This document shows positions 23,345-34,334 of a stretch of DNA of 64,000 nt, in pieces (the first letter of the stretch is position 1; every line of letters starts with the position of its first letter). A model generated the notes under the pieces. That model was given only the letters and a program-made list of their open reading frames with translations. It searched no databases and was not told the DNA's origin. Source of the stretch: Eukaryota sp. TZLM1-RC (Eukaryota > Protista > Metamonada: BaSk clade). The position numbers were made by a program, and so were the translations under genes. The stretch lies in contig JAUPSS010000001.1 of the NCBI GenBank assembly GCA_040285825.1, positions 3,286,001 to 3,350,000 on the forward strand, read 5' to 3'.

Positions 23345-23915
23345 AATATTATAATGAATTCCGAATGCGCTTTTCAAAATCCGTCCTTCTTCAATAAAAC
23401 AATTAGCCAAATTGATTAATTGTTTTTTGAAATTTTTTCCAGCTCGGATAAAGAAATTAATATCGTCTTTGCAAATTTCTTATGCGATGTTGTAAATCGT
23501 TATCGTTCCAGTTCTCATCACAAATGCGAAGAGTATATGCATTCTTTTGATCTAATCAGGAGATCTGTCGATGAGAATGATGTCATTTAGTACACCCATC
23601 GCAGCGCTTCTCCATGTATATTCTATTTGTAACAAGAATTCGACATTAACTTATTTTGAGTCTCTTTTTCGAACTTCTCCGTTTATTACCAGCTGTATTC
23701 AAGGTGTAGGTCCTGCAGTTTTGAAGCTAATTTAGAAATGATCAACACATAGTTCACCAAGGATGTATTTCAAATTAAAACCACAGTTGTAGAGAACAGG
23801 AGAGTTTTACAGGCGAAGTTGGCTAGTTGACACCAAATAACTTTAGAACAAAGAATTTTAATGCATCAAAGTTTGATGTATTAAAAATCAAACTCCTTCA
23901 TTGATTCAACTGATA

Positions 23916-24902
23916 ATGACATGGGTACACGATTCCTCTACTACTTCTCCATCTTCCACCAAGGAAGAAGAGCTTAAAAACGTTATAAGTGATGCTGAGA
24001 AAAACCTTGGTGAGAACGAAGTTCGCGATGCTTGGCGAGAACTTTTAAACTACTATGCTAATGTTGGTGACGAGAAACTCTATCTAGAGACTTTTCCCAA
24101 GGTCTACGAACTTACATCTGGCTCATTACTCAAATGTGATCTCCTATTTGATCAAGCACTCACAGCAATTCAATACAGAGACTTTTCGCTAGCCGATCGT
24201 GCCATACAGCGAGCGACAAGATTTCAAGAAGAAGGAAGCCTAGACTTTGACCATAAGAACAGACTAATGGTCTTTCGAGCGGTCCTCCTGCTCCGATCCC
24301 GCAAGATCAGGGAAGCCGCACCTCTGCTGTTGGAGGTTACACAGTCATTCATCTCTACAGACCTGATATCATTTGAGCTCTACATCCGGTACGTTATTCT
24401 CACTGCTCCTCTTGTACTAACCAGACCCGAACTCAAGTCAAAGGTCCTACACTCCCCTGAGGTTCTCTCAGTGGTCAGCCATCCACTTGTGGGTGATGCT
24501 TATGCTTTCCTACACGATCTTTATGATGCCAAATATGGCTCCTCGTTGGCCACGCTGGATAAGGTACTCATTGATGTTCATAAAGATGATTTATTCCTTT
24601 CAAAACACACGGCTTGGTTGTTTAAAGAAGTTCGTCTCATTGCTTACAAGCAACATTTATCTGCATTCATCTCTGTACGACTTGACTCAATGGCCGAACA
24701 GTTTGGGGTTGATGCTGACGTCTTTGCTCGTGATTTGTGTAAATTCATAACTGCGGGAAGACTCTCTTGTAGTATTGATGGTGAAAAAAGAGTGGTGGTA
24801 AGTGGTAGTCAATCTGTTACTAAGGAAGGTAGTGTTGTGCGCAACATTGATGGTTTGTTGTCAAAAGTGCAGGTTGTCAGTAGAATGATGGCAACGGTAT
24901 AG
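23916..24902 (+). CDS. RPN7: 26S proteasome lid subunit Rpn7/PSMD6
   Basis: DAEKNLGENEVRDA, KNRLMVF, LTRPELK and a C-terminal PCI domain (GRLSCSID). Confidence 0.9.
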   Translation: MTWVHDSSTTSPSSTKEEELKNVISDAEKNLGENEVRDAWRELLNYYANVGDEKLYLETFPKVYELTSGSLLKCDLLFDQALTAIQYRDFSLADRAIQRATRFQEEGSLDFDHKNRLMVFRAVLLLRSRKIREAAPLLLEVTQSFISTDLISFELYIRYVILTAPLVLTRPELKSKVLHSPEVLSVVSHPLVGDAYAFLHDLYDAKYGSSLATLDKVLIDVHKDDLFLSKHTAWLFKEVRLIAYKQHLSAFISVRLDSMAEQFGVDADVFARDLCKFITAGRLSCSIDGEKRVVVSGSQSVTKEGSVVRNIDGLLSKVQVVSRMMATV

Positions 24903-25843
24903 TGTATATTGATAAAGTTTTGGTTTGCATTTGTGTTTCCAAATAATTAGTAATAATTTGAATTGAATCTTTACATTATTAATTCATTGATAAACGTCAT
25001 AAACGATAACAATTTCATGAGTTGTCATCGAATCAACACTTCATTTAAGTTTTTCATTTGACTCTATTATACCACTATAGAATACTCTATTTTTTATTTA
25101 AAATGAGTTAACATTATCATCCAAAATCAACCATTGACCTTTCTACAGCTCTGGTACGAGAAAACGCATTGCTATGGAATGCTTAAAGTGCTATAATTTG
25201 GAGTCTTTCAGGCAATGGGTATGGAAAACAATAAAATTGATTTTGAGGGAATTGTTTTTGTAAATACTTTCGACTGTTTAAAGTCTTCACTCAAAACGTT
25301 TAGAGTGAAGTATTATCAATTCAATAAATTAAACTCAACTGCTGACTAAGTTTTAAGAAAACAGAGTTATTGAACACTATTTTATCTGCCTGAATTTTCT
25401 ACTTATTCATCAATTCTAAATAACACTTTTAGTATAAATTTGAAAGAATTCTTCGGAATTTAATAAATTGAATTAATCAGCAATCTATATCACTCTAGTC
25501 CTACCTTTTTTAACAAAATTTAATTAAATTTAAATCAAAGAAATATATTTTCACCAGTTAATAATTCAGTTTGATGGGGGAATTGAGAGATATTTATTCT
25601 TTATGCAAAACAAACAAGATTTACTAAACTCAATTTCTTGATCCAGAAGAGCCCTTTGAATAGAATTCTAAATTTAAAAGATTTTGATTGATGTCACAAC
25701 ATCTTACTAGTACCTTTTACCCTTTTTTCTTTACCTTTTTTTTCGGATTTACCCTTTAGATGTGTGAATATGTGTCCGACACGTGACCAACCCAAGTTAC
25801 ACGTGTAAATTGCGAACACTGTTTTAAACACTCAGAGCAATGA

Positions 25844-25863
25844 CTGTAGATTGTTTACTGTAG
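25844..25863. promoter_or_regulatory. Tandem ACTGTAGATTGT repeat (two CTACAG on the minus strand) upstream of the ceramidase-like gene
   Basis: CTGTAG at 25844 and 25858, 80-100 bp before the ATG at 25943. Confidence 0.35.
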
Positions 25864-25942
25864 ATTGTCTCTGTTATTGATAGATACCCACTTTTACAGT
25901 AGTTGGACATGAACTTATGGATACTTATAACATCTGCCAACA

Positions 25943-26830
25943 ATGACTTCATATCTGGAGTTTGATCTGGAGAAATCCCGCATGATGCCTACATGGCTTC
26001 AAGCAACACCTCAGTATAAGTTCTACACCAGACTTGTTCGTATTGCCGTTATTCTGTTTGTTTTATTCTGGATTGTTGGATCTCTACTTGATGGAGCTTC
26101 CTGGATTGGTGACCCTGCGAACTGTGCTGTGAATCTTCCCAGATGTGCTTGTGAATGGGCGAATGATTACTCCAGGTTTGTTATGCAACCAATTAACGCA
26201 TGGAGCTCTCTCGCCATTGCTATTGTAGGTTTAGTAATACTTTGGAAGGCTGAGAAATACCTAATGGCCAATTCCGGCATGCAACATTACCTGTGGGCAA
26301 ACATCAACTTTTTTGCAGGAGGTCTAGTGGTTGTCATCCTCGGCCTCTCTTGGTTTATTCTTCATGCTACCCTTTTGTTAAGTGGAGAAAGACTCGCTGT
26401 CCTTGCCCTTATTCTGGTTACAACCTGGTTTGCATGTTACAGCATATTGAGGCTCATTTCCAATTTACACGATAAGGATGTTCAGTGCATCAATCATATG
26501 ACCATGTCCTTCTTCTACTTCCCATCTGTGTTGTTTTGGATGGTAGTCTTCATTGTAAAGCTCTCCTGGGGTTCTGGTGCCTATCTCATCATTGCCGGTT
26601 TAATCATCGTCACCATTGTTTGTGAGTTTTACATAATCTTGAACACACTTTTAGTTAAACCAATTCATATCCTGATTGGTCTCTTGTTGTTCTTTGGTAT
26701 TTGTTTCTTTGTGCTTGATACCTGGTTGTGTGCTCCACTGGCTTTCATTCAGCTCCGTGCTTGTGCTAAGTTCTTTATTGCTGCTGGATTGTTTTACACC
26801 TTCCAGTTATACTTGAACACATGTCCATAA
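25943..26830 (+). CDS. CREST-superfamily (alkaline ceramidase-like) multi-pass membrane protein, catalytic residues apparently lost
   Basis: CE...QPINAWSSL motif, HAT motif, about 8 hydrophobic helices. Confidence 0.7.
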   Translation: MTSYLEFDLEKSRMMPTWLQATPQYKFYTRLVRIAVILFVLFWIVGSLLDGASWIGDPANCAVNLPRCACEWANDYSRFVMQPINAWSSLAIAIVGLVILWKAEKYLMANSGMQHYLWANINFFAGGLVVVILGLSWFILHATLLLSGERLAVLALILVTTWFACYSILRLISNLHDKDVQCINHMTMSFFYFPSVLFWMVVFIVKLSWGSGAYLIIAGLIIVTIVCEFYIILNTLLVKPIHILIGLLLFFGICFFVLDTWLCAPLAFIQLRACAKFFIAAGLFYTFQLYLNTCP

Positions 26831-27282
26831 TAGTTTTTGGAAGGTAGTACTAGTAGTAGAATTGTGATTCATAAAGTTCTTCATATTCAATTTCGTACCT
26901 GTCTGCATTGCTAAATGTGTATTTCCATCTTCGCGTTTTGGAAGTAGCAAGAAAGATGTGGTAGAAATCGTTTTTTGATTGTCGTTTTTATTGTTCTTCT
27001 AAAATTTTATTGAACTACAACACTTAATATAATTATATCAGAACCAATGAGACTAAACTCAATGAACCATTTATTTAAGATCATTTTCTTTTGGAACACA
27101 AGGACAGATGAACCTCTTTTCAATTTCAATCTACTTCAACCTGGTGAATCACCTCAGTATTAAATTCCATTTTTCAAACTTTGAGACAATCCATCTCCAA
27201 CAAGCACATTACCTTTCTTTATTCAGGCTCATTAATTACTACCTAGCTTATAGGCTCGACACTATTCAGACTCTATCTTCTT

Positions 27283-28587
27283 ATGTTCTTTCGAGCATTC
27301 ACATCACCTTCTCTCCCTGATGATTGTGAATTTCATCTTCGACACCTTCCTGACATCATTTTCCTGGCCATAGCAATTGTTTTACTCATTGGCTGCATCT
27401 CCCAAATTTGCCATCTCCTTGTTTCGGCATTACTTGTAGTAGCCAAGAAGCTCAAACTCTCCGATGCTGTTACTGGGTCTAGTTTCTTAGCAATGGCAGC
27501 CGGAATGCCTGAACTTTTTACCCATTTGATTGACATATTTAGTGGAGGTCATGACCTCGGTACATCTGCCATTATTGGTGCTGTTACTTTCAACGCATTT
27601 ATAGGAATTGGTTTTTCAGCCCTTACTTCTCCGTTTGGTAGAACATTACGGGTTGAATCTCGTTTTTTAATTCGTGATGTGTTTTTTTGGTTGGTTTCTA
27701 ATTTTCTTTTATTGTTAATGTTTTTGGATGGCAAAATTGAATCTTGGGAAAGTTTTGTATTGATATTTTGCTATGGCGTTTACATAATTGTTCTAATTAT
27801 ACATGACAAACATGTCCGAACAAAACAAGGAGGAGAGCGACATAAGCTTTTGATAAACTATCAAGAAGACATAATAGATTCAACAACAACAATTACAACA
27901 CCAAATGTACAGAAGAACATAGATACGATAACACCTTCACCAAGGAAACAATCTACATCAGCCAATTATCACTCTTTTGGCAATGATGATAATGATACAG
28001 ACCACCATAAGGAACAACTCACAGTGATTGGCATTGCTACTGATTGGATCCTCTGGCCAGCTAGCAAAGTGCTTCATCTAACAGTTCCTGACTGTTCAAA
28101 ATCTCACTGGAAAAGATGGTATCTTGTCAGTACCTTACTTTGTCTTGTTTGGTTAGCTGCCATTGAGTATGTTATTGTAGAACTTGTGTCAAAACTTGGA
28201 TGCCTTGCTGGACTGTCATCAAACCTGCTTGGGACGCTACTTCTGGGTCCTCTGATGTCCCTCCCGGATGCCTTGGTCGCTATTACCATGGTTAAGCATG
28301 GAAGAGTCAATAGTTCGATGGGCTGCATCTTTGGTTGTAACATCTTTTCCCTGCTCATCGGAATGGGATTACCATGGGTTATAAGTACAGGAATCTATCC
28401 TGGTGTTCCACTGGAGGTTTCTGATGATGGAATGATTATGAATTCTTTTATTGTTCTAGGTGTTGCTTTTATTATTGTCATTTCGCTATTCACCACTTCT
28501 TTTAAGTTAACCAGAAATCTAGGTTTTTCGTTTGTTTTCTTTTATGTTGTATATGTTTGCTATGTTGTCTATTCCCAGCAGTTTTAG
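27283..28587 (+). CDS. Cation/Ca2+ exchanger (CaCA superfamily, NCKX/SLC24-like)
   Basis: Alpha repeats GSSFLAMAAGMPELF and GTLLLGPLMSLPDAL...GCNIF; two transmembrane bundles separated by a hydrophilic loop. Confidence 0.9.
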   Translation: MFFRAFTSPSLPDDCEFHLRHLPDIIFLAIAIVLLIGCISQICHLLVSALLVVAKKLKLSDAVTGSSFLAMAAGMPELFTHLIDIFSGGHDLGTSAIIGAVTFNAFIGIGFSALTSPFGRTLRVESRFLIRDVFFWLVSNFLLLLMFLDGKIESWESFVLIFCYGVYIIVLIIHDKHVRTKQGGERHKLLINYQEDIIDSTTTITTPNVQKNIDTITPSPRKQSTSANYHSFGNDDNDTDHHKEQLTVIGIATDWILWPASKVLHLTVPDCSKSHWKRWYLVSTLLCLVWLAAIEYVIVELVSKLGCLAGLSSNLLGTLLLGPLMSLPDALVAITMVKHGRVNSSMGCIFGCNIFSLLIGMGLPWVISTGIYPGVPLEVSDDGMIMNSFIVLGVAFIIVISLFTTSFKLTRNLGFSFVFFYVVYVCYVVYSQQF

Positions 28588-30075
28588 TTTTTGTATACTC
28601 TTTCCTTTTTTGATTTTTCTTCATTTTTATTTAGTTTTATTTAGATTATTATTTTTAACATGTATAAATTATTAAGTGTCTGCCACCTTTTCAATTTTTT
28701 TCATTGAAAACACATTTTGATTATATGAATCAGAGAAAACAATATGGATTTTAGTACAAAGAAGGTACTCTTTTGTAAATATCACAGGCTAAAAGGCATT
28801 TCTCACCACCTGTAGTTATTGTCATAGTTACTGAGGATTTTTCATTGAGTTGGTGTATTTACAATAGATACATGGTCTCTCTACCTTCTAGTTAAAAGTG
28901 ATAACGTGATACTTTCGTGATCGGGAATTTCACATTTAGCCTATGCTAACTTTAGATTTTTAAATTAACAGTTGTTCCAAAATTTAATGAGGAATAATCA
29001 TACAACAACCTCTGCATTCCATTGTACTTCACGTAATAGCCTTACAAAAAATAGGACGAAAGTTGTTGTGTCAATATTTTTGCTTGGAAATACTTTAAGA
29101 ATTGACGAATAAATGTAAATTTTCTTTTGTTAATCGACATTAGCTCTTCTATTTCTTTGTCATACTTATTGTGGCGTTGAATTCAACGCCGTTTTGTTAT
29201 TGTAATAATGGTATCTGAATGATTTAATGTTGTGGTTTGACCCAAAGTTTCATTTGTAATACCTCAGAATAGAACGTCAACTAAAGCTTCACAGTTATCA
29301 ATCCAACAACAGCATCATCAGAATCATCAGAATCAAAGTTATTATTAATTTTTTACAATGAAAACTCAAGACCTTGAGTCAAAACAGCCAAACTTTATAT
29401 GTTTTATAAAAATTCATCTTCATACATTTGAGTTACAATAATTTGTGATTCTTGAAAAGACCATTGCAGAAGTGGTTGTTCAAATGACCATGAGTTTCCA
29501 AGGAAGAAAGAACATTGTATTACCAGGGGAGAACAATACACATGGCACATCTCCGCCAAAGATATCTGAACCAACGTAGACCTTCTCATTGCCAATCAAT
29601 CAATTCCTATCAGTCTACTTCGTTCCTATACATCGGAGAAAAGTAGATTGGGATTGATCATCAAACTTCAGGATTGATTTTTTAAATACCTCTATGTGAA
29701 TGAATGATAAGTTATTTCATAGAATAATAGTTGATTGAAGGTTGAAATTAATTATTAGGTTTGTTTCTGAGACTGACAGTTAAAGGATGTGTTTGAATTG
29801 TCGTGTATTGACAAACGTTGCTTCAAAAACTTCAATATATTTTGAAAAGTATTTAAATATTATTTATATTTACTATCCGTTAGTTCTGTTATTGTTGATA
29901 TTTTGTTAATTTTCGATTTATCTTAATAACAATTAAAAATTAAAAAATTTTATGATATATTCGTGTTCTTACCATGTTTATTTCAATTTTGGTAAATTCT
30001 CATTTGGTTCCTCAAAAGACAATGCAAAACAAAGAACAGAACACATCCATTATAAAAAAGAACCTAGAATTATTA

Positions 30076-31707
30076 TTAAAACACATCAAAGCTGATTCCA
30101 TAACCTTCCATCTCATCCTCCTCTTCCTCTTCCATGTACTCATCTACATGGACATGCGTGATACAAGGCAAGGAATGCAAGATGGACCGTAAACTATGAA
30201 CATCAACGTACTTTGCCAGCACTACATTTTCCATAATTAAATACTTCAACATTCTGGCAGTCAAAATATGATTAATTGATTCCCTATCGAGCTCTTCCTT
30301 GTAACAGTTGATGAATTCAAGATAGGTTAAGTTTGGCAAAGTCATTGAAATCGCTTTCATAAAATTAAAGGCAAATGAACAGTTCAATAGCTTCATAATA
30401 CTGATATCTGAAGGTGTGTAAACAAGTTCTTCTCCCAATCCTAAATTAAGACCGGAAAGACATAATGATCGTAACTTTGGAAGCTGAAACACAAAAGAAA
30501 TGCCATTTCGAGTGACATAATTGTTACCAGATTTTGAATGATATGAAAATGAGATTACTAATTCTCGTAGATGACATGTACTTGATGGTAAAGATTTCAG
30601 CAAATCATCACTACATAAATCAACCAAAGAAAGTGAGCAAAGATGATAATTTTTAGACAAAAAATTCTGCAGCAAGTGCTGGTTTTTGAACCAAATTTGT
30701 GATGGGATATATTTGAGAGGGCTAAAGAGCGACAATTCATCAAATTTGAAATAAAAGGTATTTAAGTTGATTAACATTTCTGTAATTGTCTCAACTTCAA
30801 AGGCTCCTCTTAGCAATTTTACACTTGTCTTCATTAGTGATTCAGTCAAAATTACTGGTATTTCAGTGACTGATAGAGATTCGATTGACAAAAGCTCAGA
30901 TAATAAAGATAAACAAATGCGATTGGTGATTAGAGTTTTTAACTGCCTGGCAACGGCAACTGGAACGTGATTATTGACTCTTAATGGATGAAATGATAAC
31001 AGCTTTAAATGTCGAAGTGTTGGACTTAATGCTTGTAATGTTTGACATAGCGAAGAAATACATCCATCGTTGAGCGGCTGGTGAACAAGGAGCGAGACCA
31101 AGGGGCATGAGGAAATGGTAATACACACTTGGGAAAAGCAAAATTCTTCATTTACCACACCTCCACTCAAATCGAGTCTACCCAATAGTGGCATTTGTGC
31201 TGAAATATCCTGGAACACTGTATACTCTTCCTCATCAATTATAGCTTCGTATGAGACGATGTGGTTCATTGATGTCTCTCTCGACCCTGGCCCCAACTCA
31301 TTCAATATTGATTGAACGTCTATTGGATGACCTGCAATGTTGGACAGTGAAGGTGTTATCATGTTGAAGAACGGGAGCGCTCTTCTTTCAAGTGTTGCCG
31401 TTTCAAGGTTTGCTTGATTTTCAGGCAAAAGAGCCTCGGAATCATTGATGGTAGGTAAAATTTTATGCAGTGAACTGTGTAGGTGTAGAGTTTGTAAATG
31501 TGGACAATGATGTGTGAGGAAGTGTAAAATGTGTGATGATAGATGAGAGTGGGGCACTTTGATGTTACAGTGTCTAAGTGTGTTCAAAATGTTGTTGATT
31601 TGATGTTGAAATCGGTGAGACACTTTGTAGAAACGTACAATATCAACAACTGAGAGCTTTGGTACAACTATAGACAATAGATGGTCACGATCTTGTTCGG
31701 TCGGCAT
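30076..31707 (-). CDS. F-box-like plus leucine-rich-repeat protein
   Basis: N-terminal LLSIVVPKLSVVDIVRFYKVSHRF; repeated LxxLxL units (CPHLQTLHL, LPKLRSLCL, LPNLTYLEF). Confidence 0.65.
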   Translation of the reverse strand: MPTEQDRDHLLSIVVPKLSVVDIVRFYKVSHRFQHQINNILNTLRHCNIKVPHSHLSSHILHFLTHHCPHLQTLHLHSSLHKILPTINDSEALLPENQANLETATLERRALPFFNMITPSLSNIAGHPIDVQSILNELGPGSRETSMNHIVSYEAIIDEEEYTVFQDISAQMPLLGRLDLSGGVVNEEFCFSQVCITISSCPLVSLLVHQPLNDGCISSLCQTLQALSPTLRHLKLLSFHPLRVNNHVPVAVARQLKTLITNRICLSLLSELLSIESLSVTEIPVILTESLMKTSVKLLRGAFEVETITEMLINLNTFYFKFDELSLFSPLKYIPSQIWFKNQHLLQNFLSKNYHLCSLSLVDLCSDDLLKSLPSSTCHLRELVISFSYHSKSGNNYVTRNGISFVFQLPKLRSLCLSGLNLGLGEELVYTPSDISIMKLLNCSFAFNFMKAISMTLPNLTYLEFINCYKEELDRESINHILTARMLKYLIMENVVLAKYVDVHSLRSILHSLPCITHVHVDEYMEEEEEDEMEGYGISFDVF

Positions 31708-31952
31708 GTTTGATGGTCGAGGCAAATGTTTACTAATAAAATAAAAGGACATCTTCAACAAAATCGATTGATGTCAATGGTATCACAGAAGAGAGCAACA
31801 TGATGGAACACAATGTCTGTGGCTTAGATACGCCATTTTTTAACAGCCATTTTCTGACTTGGTTGAAACATCATTTTCAAAGTTTCTTTTTCCCTGCACC
31901 AAATTTTCTCACCTCAAAGCACCTGAATGTATAAGATCTGGATCCTCTAGCC

Positions 31953-32789
31953 ATGACGAATGTGCAGCACAAGATCTCTCATCTTGTTCGCAGTAAACTC
32001 AGCTCTATAGATCAGGAAAGAGAAAAATGGACAGACTTAGTGAACCATTACAATTGCGATGATCCTTCGGTGCTCGAAATCAGTACACTTATCAACAATG
32101 CTCTCGATCAGCGACAATATGAACTGGAAACGATAATAACTCTAAACAATGAAAGCCCATCTGTTAGCCCAAGCGAACATAACCACATGGTCAGTAAACT
32201 ATCACAAATGATAGACCTCAATAGACGAATAGTAAGCGAAAACCTTGATCTCCAACAAAAACACAAGGATGCGTTGAAACATGCTTCATCGCTAGAACGT
32301 AGCATTAGAACACTAAGAAGTCAAAACCAAGAATACGAAACACTAAAGAAACACTGGCAAGAATCATGGAACATTATTGGTAAAGAATCAAAGTCACCAA
32401 CACAAGAAAACCTAAACAATCTAACTCAGTGTCTAGCGACAAAGTTACAAGGACGGTCAAATGAAGAGGAAAATCATTGTGAATGTAACATGTTGAGAAA
32501 CGAAAACAATGAACTGAAGGAAACTTTAAAAAAAGTGATTCGTCGTGTGCGAGAAAAACTTAGAGATTTTCAATGTCCAATCTGTTTTGATAATCCAATT
32601 ACTGCAATGTTGCTCCCTTCAAAGCTTTACACGTGCAATGGATGTGCAACCAGACTGTATTCCACCACAAAAATAGATCCCTTCACTAGAGATAGAATTG
32701 AGCGAATAGTACCAGACGCTCTTCAATATATTCCTTCTCCGATTAACCCAAGAAGATTCAGTCCAGTCCGAAGGGGGTTGGACTATTAG
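31953..32789 (+). CDS. Coiled-coil protein with a degenerate RING/U-box domain (putative E3 ligase)
   Basis: CPICFDNP...LPSKLYTCNGC...DPFTR. Confidence 0.7.
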   Translation: MTNVQHKISHLVRSKLSSIDQEREKWTDLVNHYNCDDPSVLEISTLINNALDQRQYELETIITLNNESPSVSPSEHNHMVSKLSQMIDLNRRIVSENLDLQQKHKDALKHASSLERSIRTLRSQNQEYETLKKHWQESWNIIGKESKSPTQENLNNLTQCLATKLQGRSNEEENHCECNMLRNENNELKETLKKVIRRVREKLRDFQCPICFDNPITAMLLPSKLYTCNGCATRLYSTTKIDPFTRDRIERIVPDALQYIPSPINPRRFSPVRRGLDY

Positions 32790-33162
32790 TTTTTCGTAGT
32801 ACACTTTATTTAAATATTTATATAAATGGTTAAATTCACTTTTTTGTTAATTTCGAACTATTTCAACTATACAGCAATCTTAAAACACTATTTTTTCCCA
32901 AATCAGCCAAGAAGAATTGACTGGAAGTTTTTCCTTCATAAAAACGACCAAGAGATAATAAAGCAGAAGATAATAAGGGTAACACCTTTAAAAATTGAAA
33001 TAACAATTTTGTTCTGCCAAAAAAACCTTATCAAAAACATTTCTTCCACGTTGTTTCGCAATTTCAACAAATCTTTAAAGGATGACAAAGCAAAAGCTGA
33101 ATTCTGTGAAACAAAATTAATCAACTAGAATTTTTTTATAAAACAATAAACATAAATTGATT

Positions 33163-34144
33163 CTAATTATAAATGTAATCAATTACATGATGGTACATAT
33201 TTTCAGGAATAGGTCCCTTCCACAGACCAACATGCTGTACATCGTACTTCTTGAGCATTTCAAATCTATGGGCTACCTCTTCGTCAGAAAGCGGCTTGTT
33301 TGTATTAGGATTGGTGGTCCTGAAATGAGTCGTAAAAATTACATACATGATACCAATTCCAGCCTTTTCCTTGGGACAGGCGTTAATCATCTTAAAGAAA
33401 GCGCGGTCCCAGTTGGTATGGTCATCTGTGGTCTTACCAGAAGTATAAGTATCCATTGTGATAATCTAAGAATGAGAAACATTGTCGGAGAACATACAGC
33501 ATCAGCATCACAAGTGCAGAGGGTTTCAAAATCATTAAAAGCCTTGACCCATGAAGCTACTGCAAGGGTGACAGTCTTCCCCCTCTTGTGCATCTCACGG
33601 GATAGAAGGTTAACAAACTTGATATAACCATGGATCTCATTGGGTTCCGTCCAGGAAGGCTAAATTGAGAGTATGAAAGAGAGTACATACTTCGATATCA
33701 ATCTGAATACCACTGTAACGAGTGGTATTAGCAACTACTTCATTAATGAAAGGCATGGGATTTTCAAGCAATTGTCTGAACCCTAAGGTAAGAATAGAGA
33801 TGCAACAATACACTCAGTGAGTTCTCTACGCTCAGGAGGATAAGAAGAGACCATGGGAAGTGTGGGAAGATCATATCTGTCGTAAAAATCGGAAGGGTCT
33901 GAAAGATCGCCTTCTGAATCACGAATCAAGGTGGACTGGGGACCAAGATTGAAAAGTTCGAAAGAAAGAGTACTGAAAAGCTCGCGGCGGTCCTTCACTT
34001 GACCAAGAAGTTCAGGAATGTTGTCATCGCAACTAAGCTTAATAAAGTAGATATGTAACTTTACCGTTCCAAGCAATGCCAGGGCTGAAAATTGCGGATA
34101 GCCAACGCTACAGACAAAAGAAGAGCAACAAGCAGAAGTCGCAT
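33163..34144 (-). CDS. Secreted GH18 (chitinase-like) protein, 6 exons, 276 aa: join(34144..34065,34032..33812,33782..33691,33659..33498,33465..33347,33319..33163)
   Basis: Signal peptide MRLLLVALLLSVALA. Five GT-AG introns of 32, 29, 31, 32 and 27 nt give a continuous frame of 831 nt. GIQIDIEP and ITMDTY motifs. Confidence 0.85.
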
Positions 34145-34334
34145 GATGTAAGAGAGTATTAATCATTTTTTTCCCAAATACTGTTTTTAATGTACTGTAT
34201 TGTTATTGAAATAAAATTCTATCTAGTATTCAATATCCTCCAAACAAGCGTCACTATTACTAAACCTACTCACAGCATGTCGTAAAAAAACTTAAAGAAA
34301 TATTTAAAGAATTCCAGCACTAATTGAAAAATTT

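Noticed and set aside
28744-29600. Possible small spliced gene (23-nt GT-AG at 28765-28787) and ORF 29404..29595
   Set aside because: The resulting peptides are short with no recognisable features, so support is insufficient.
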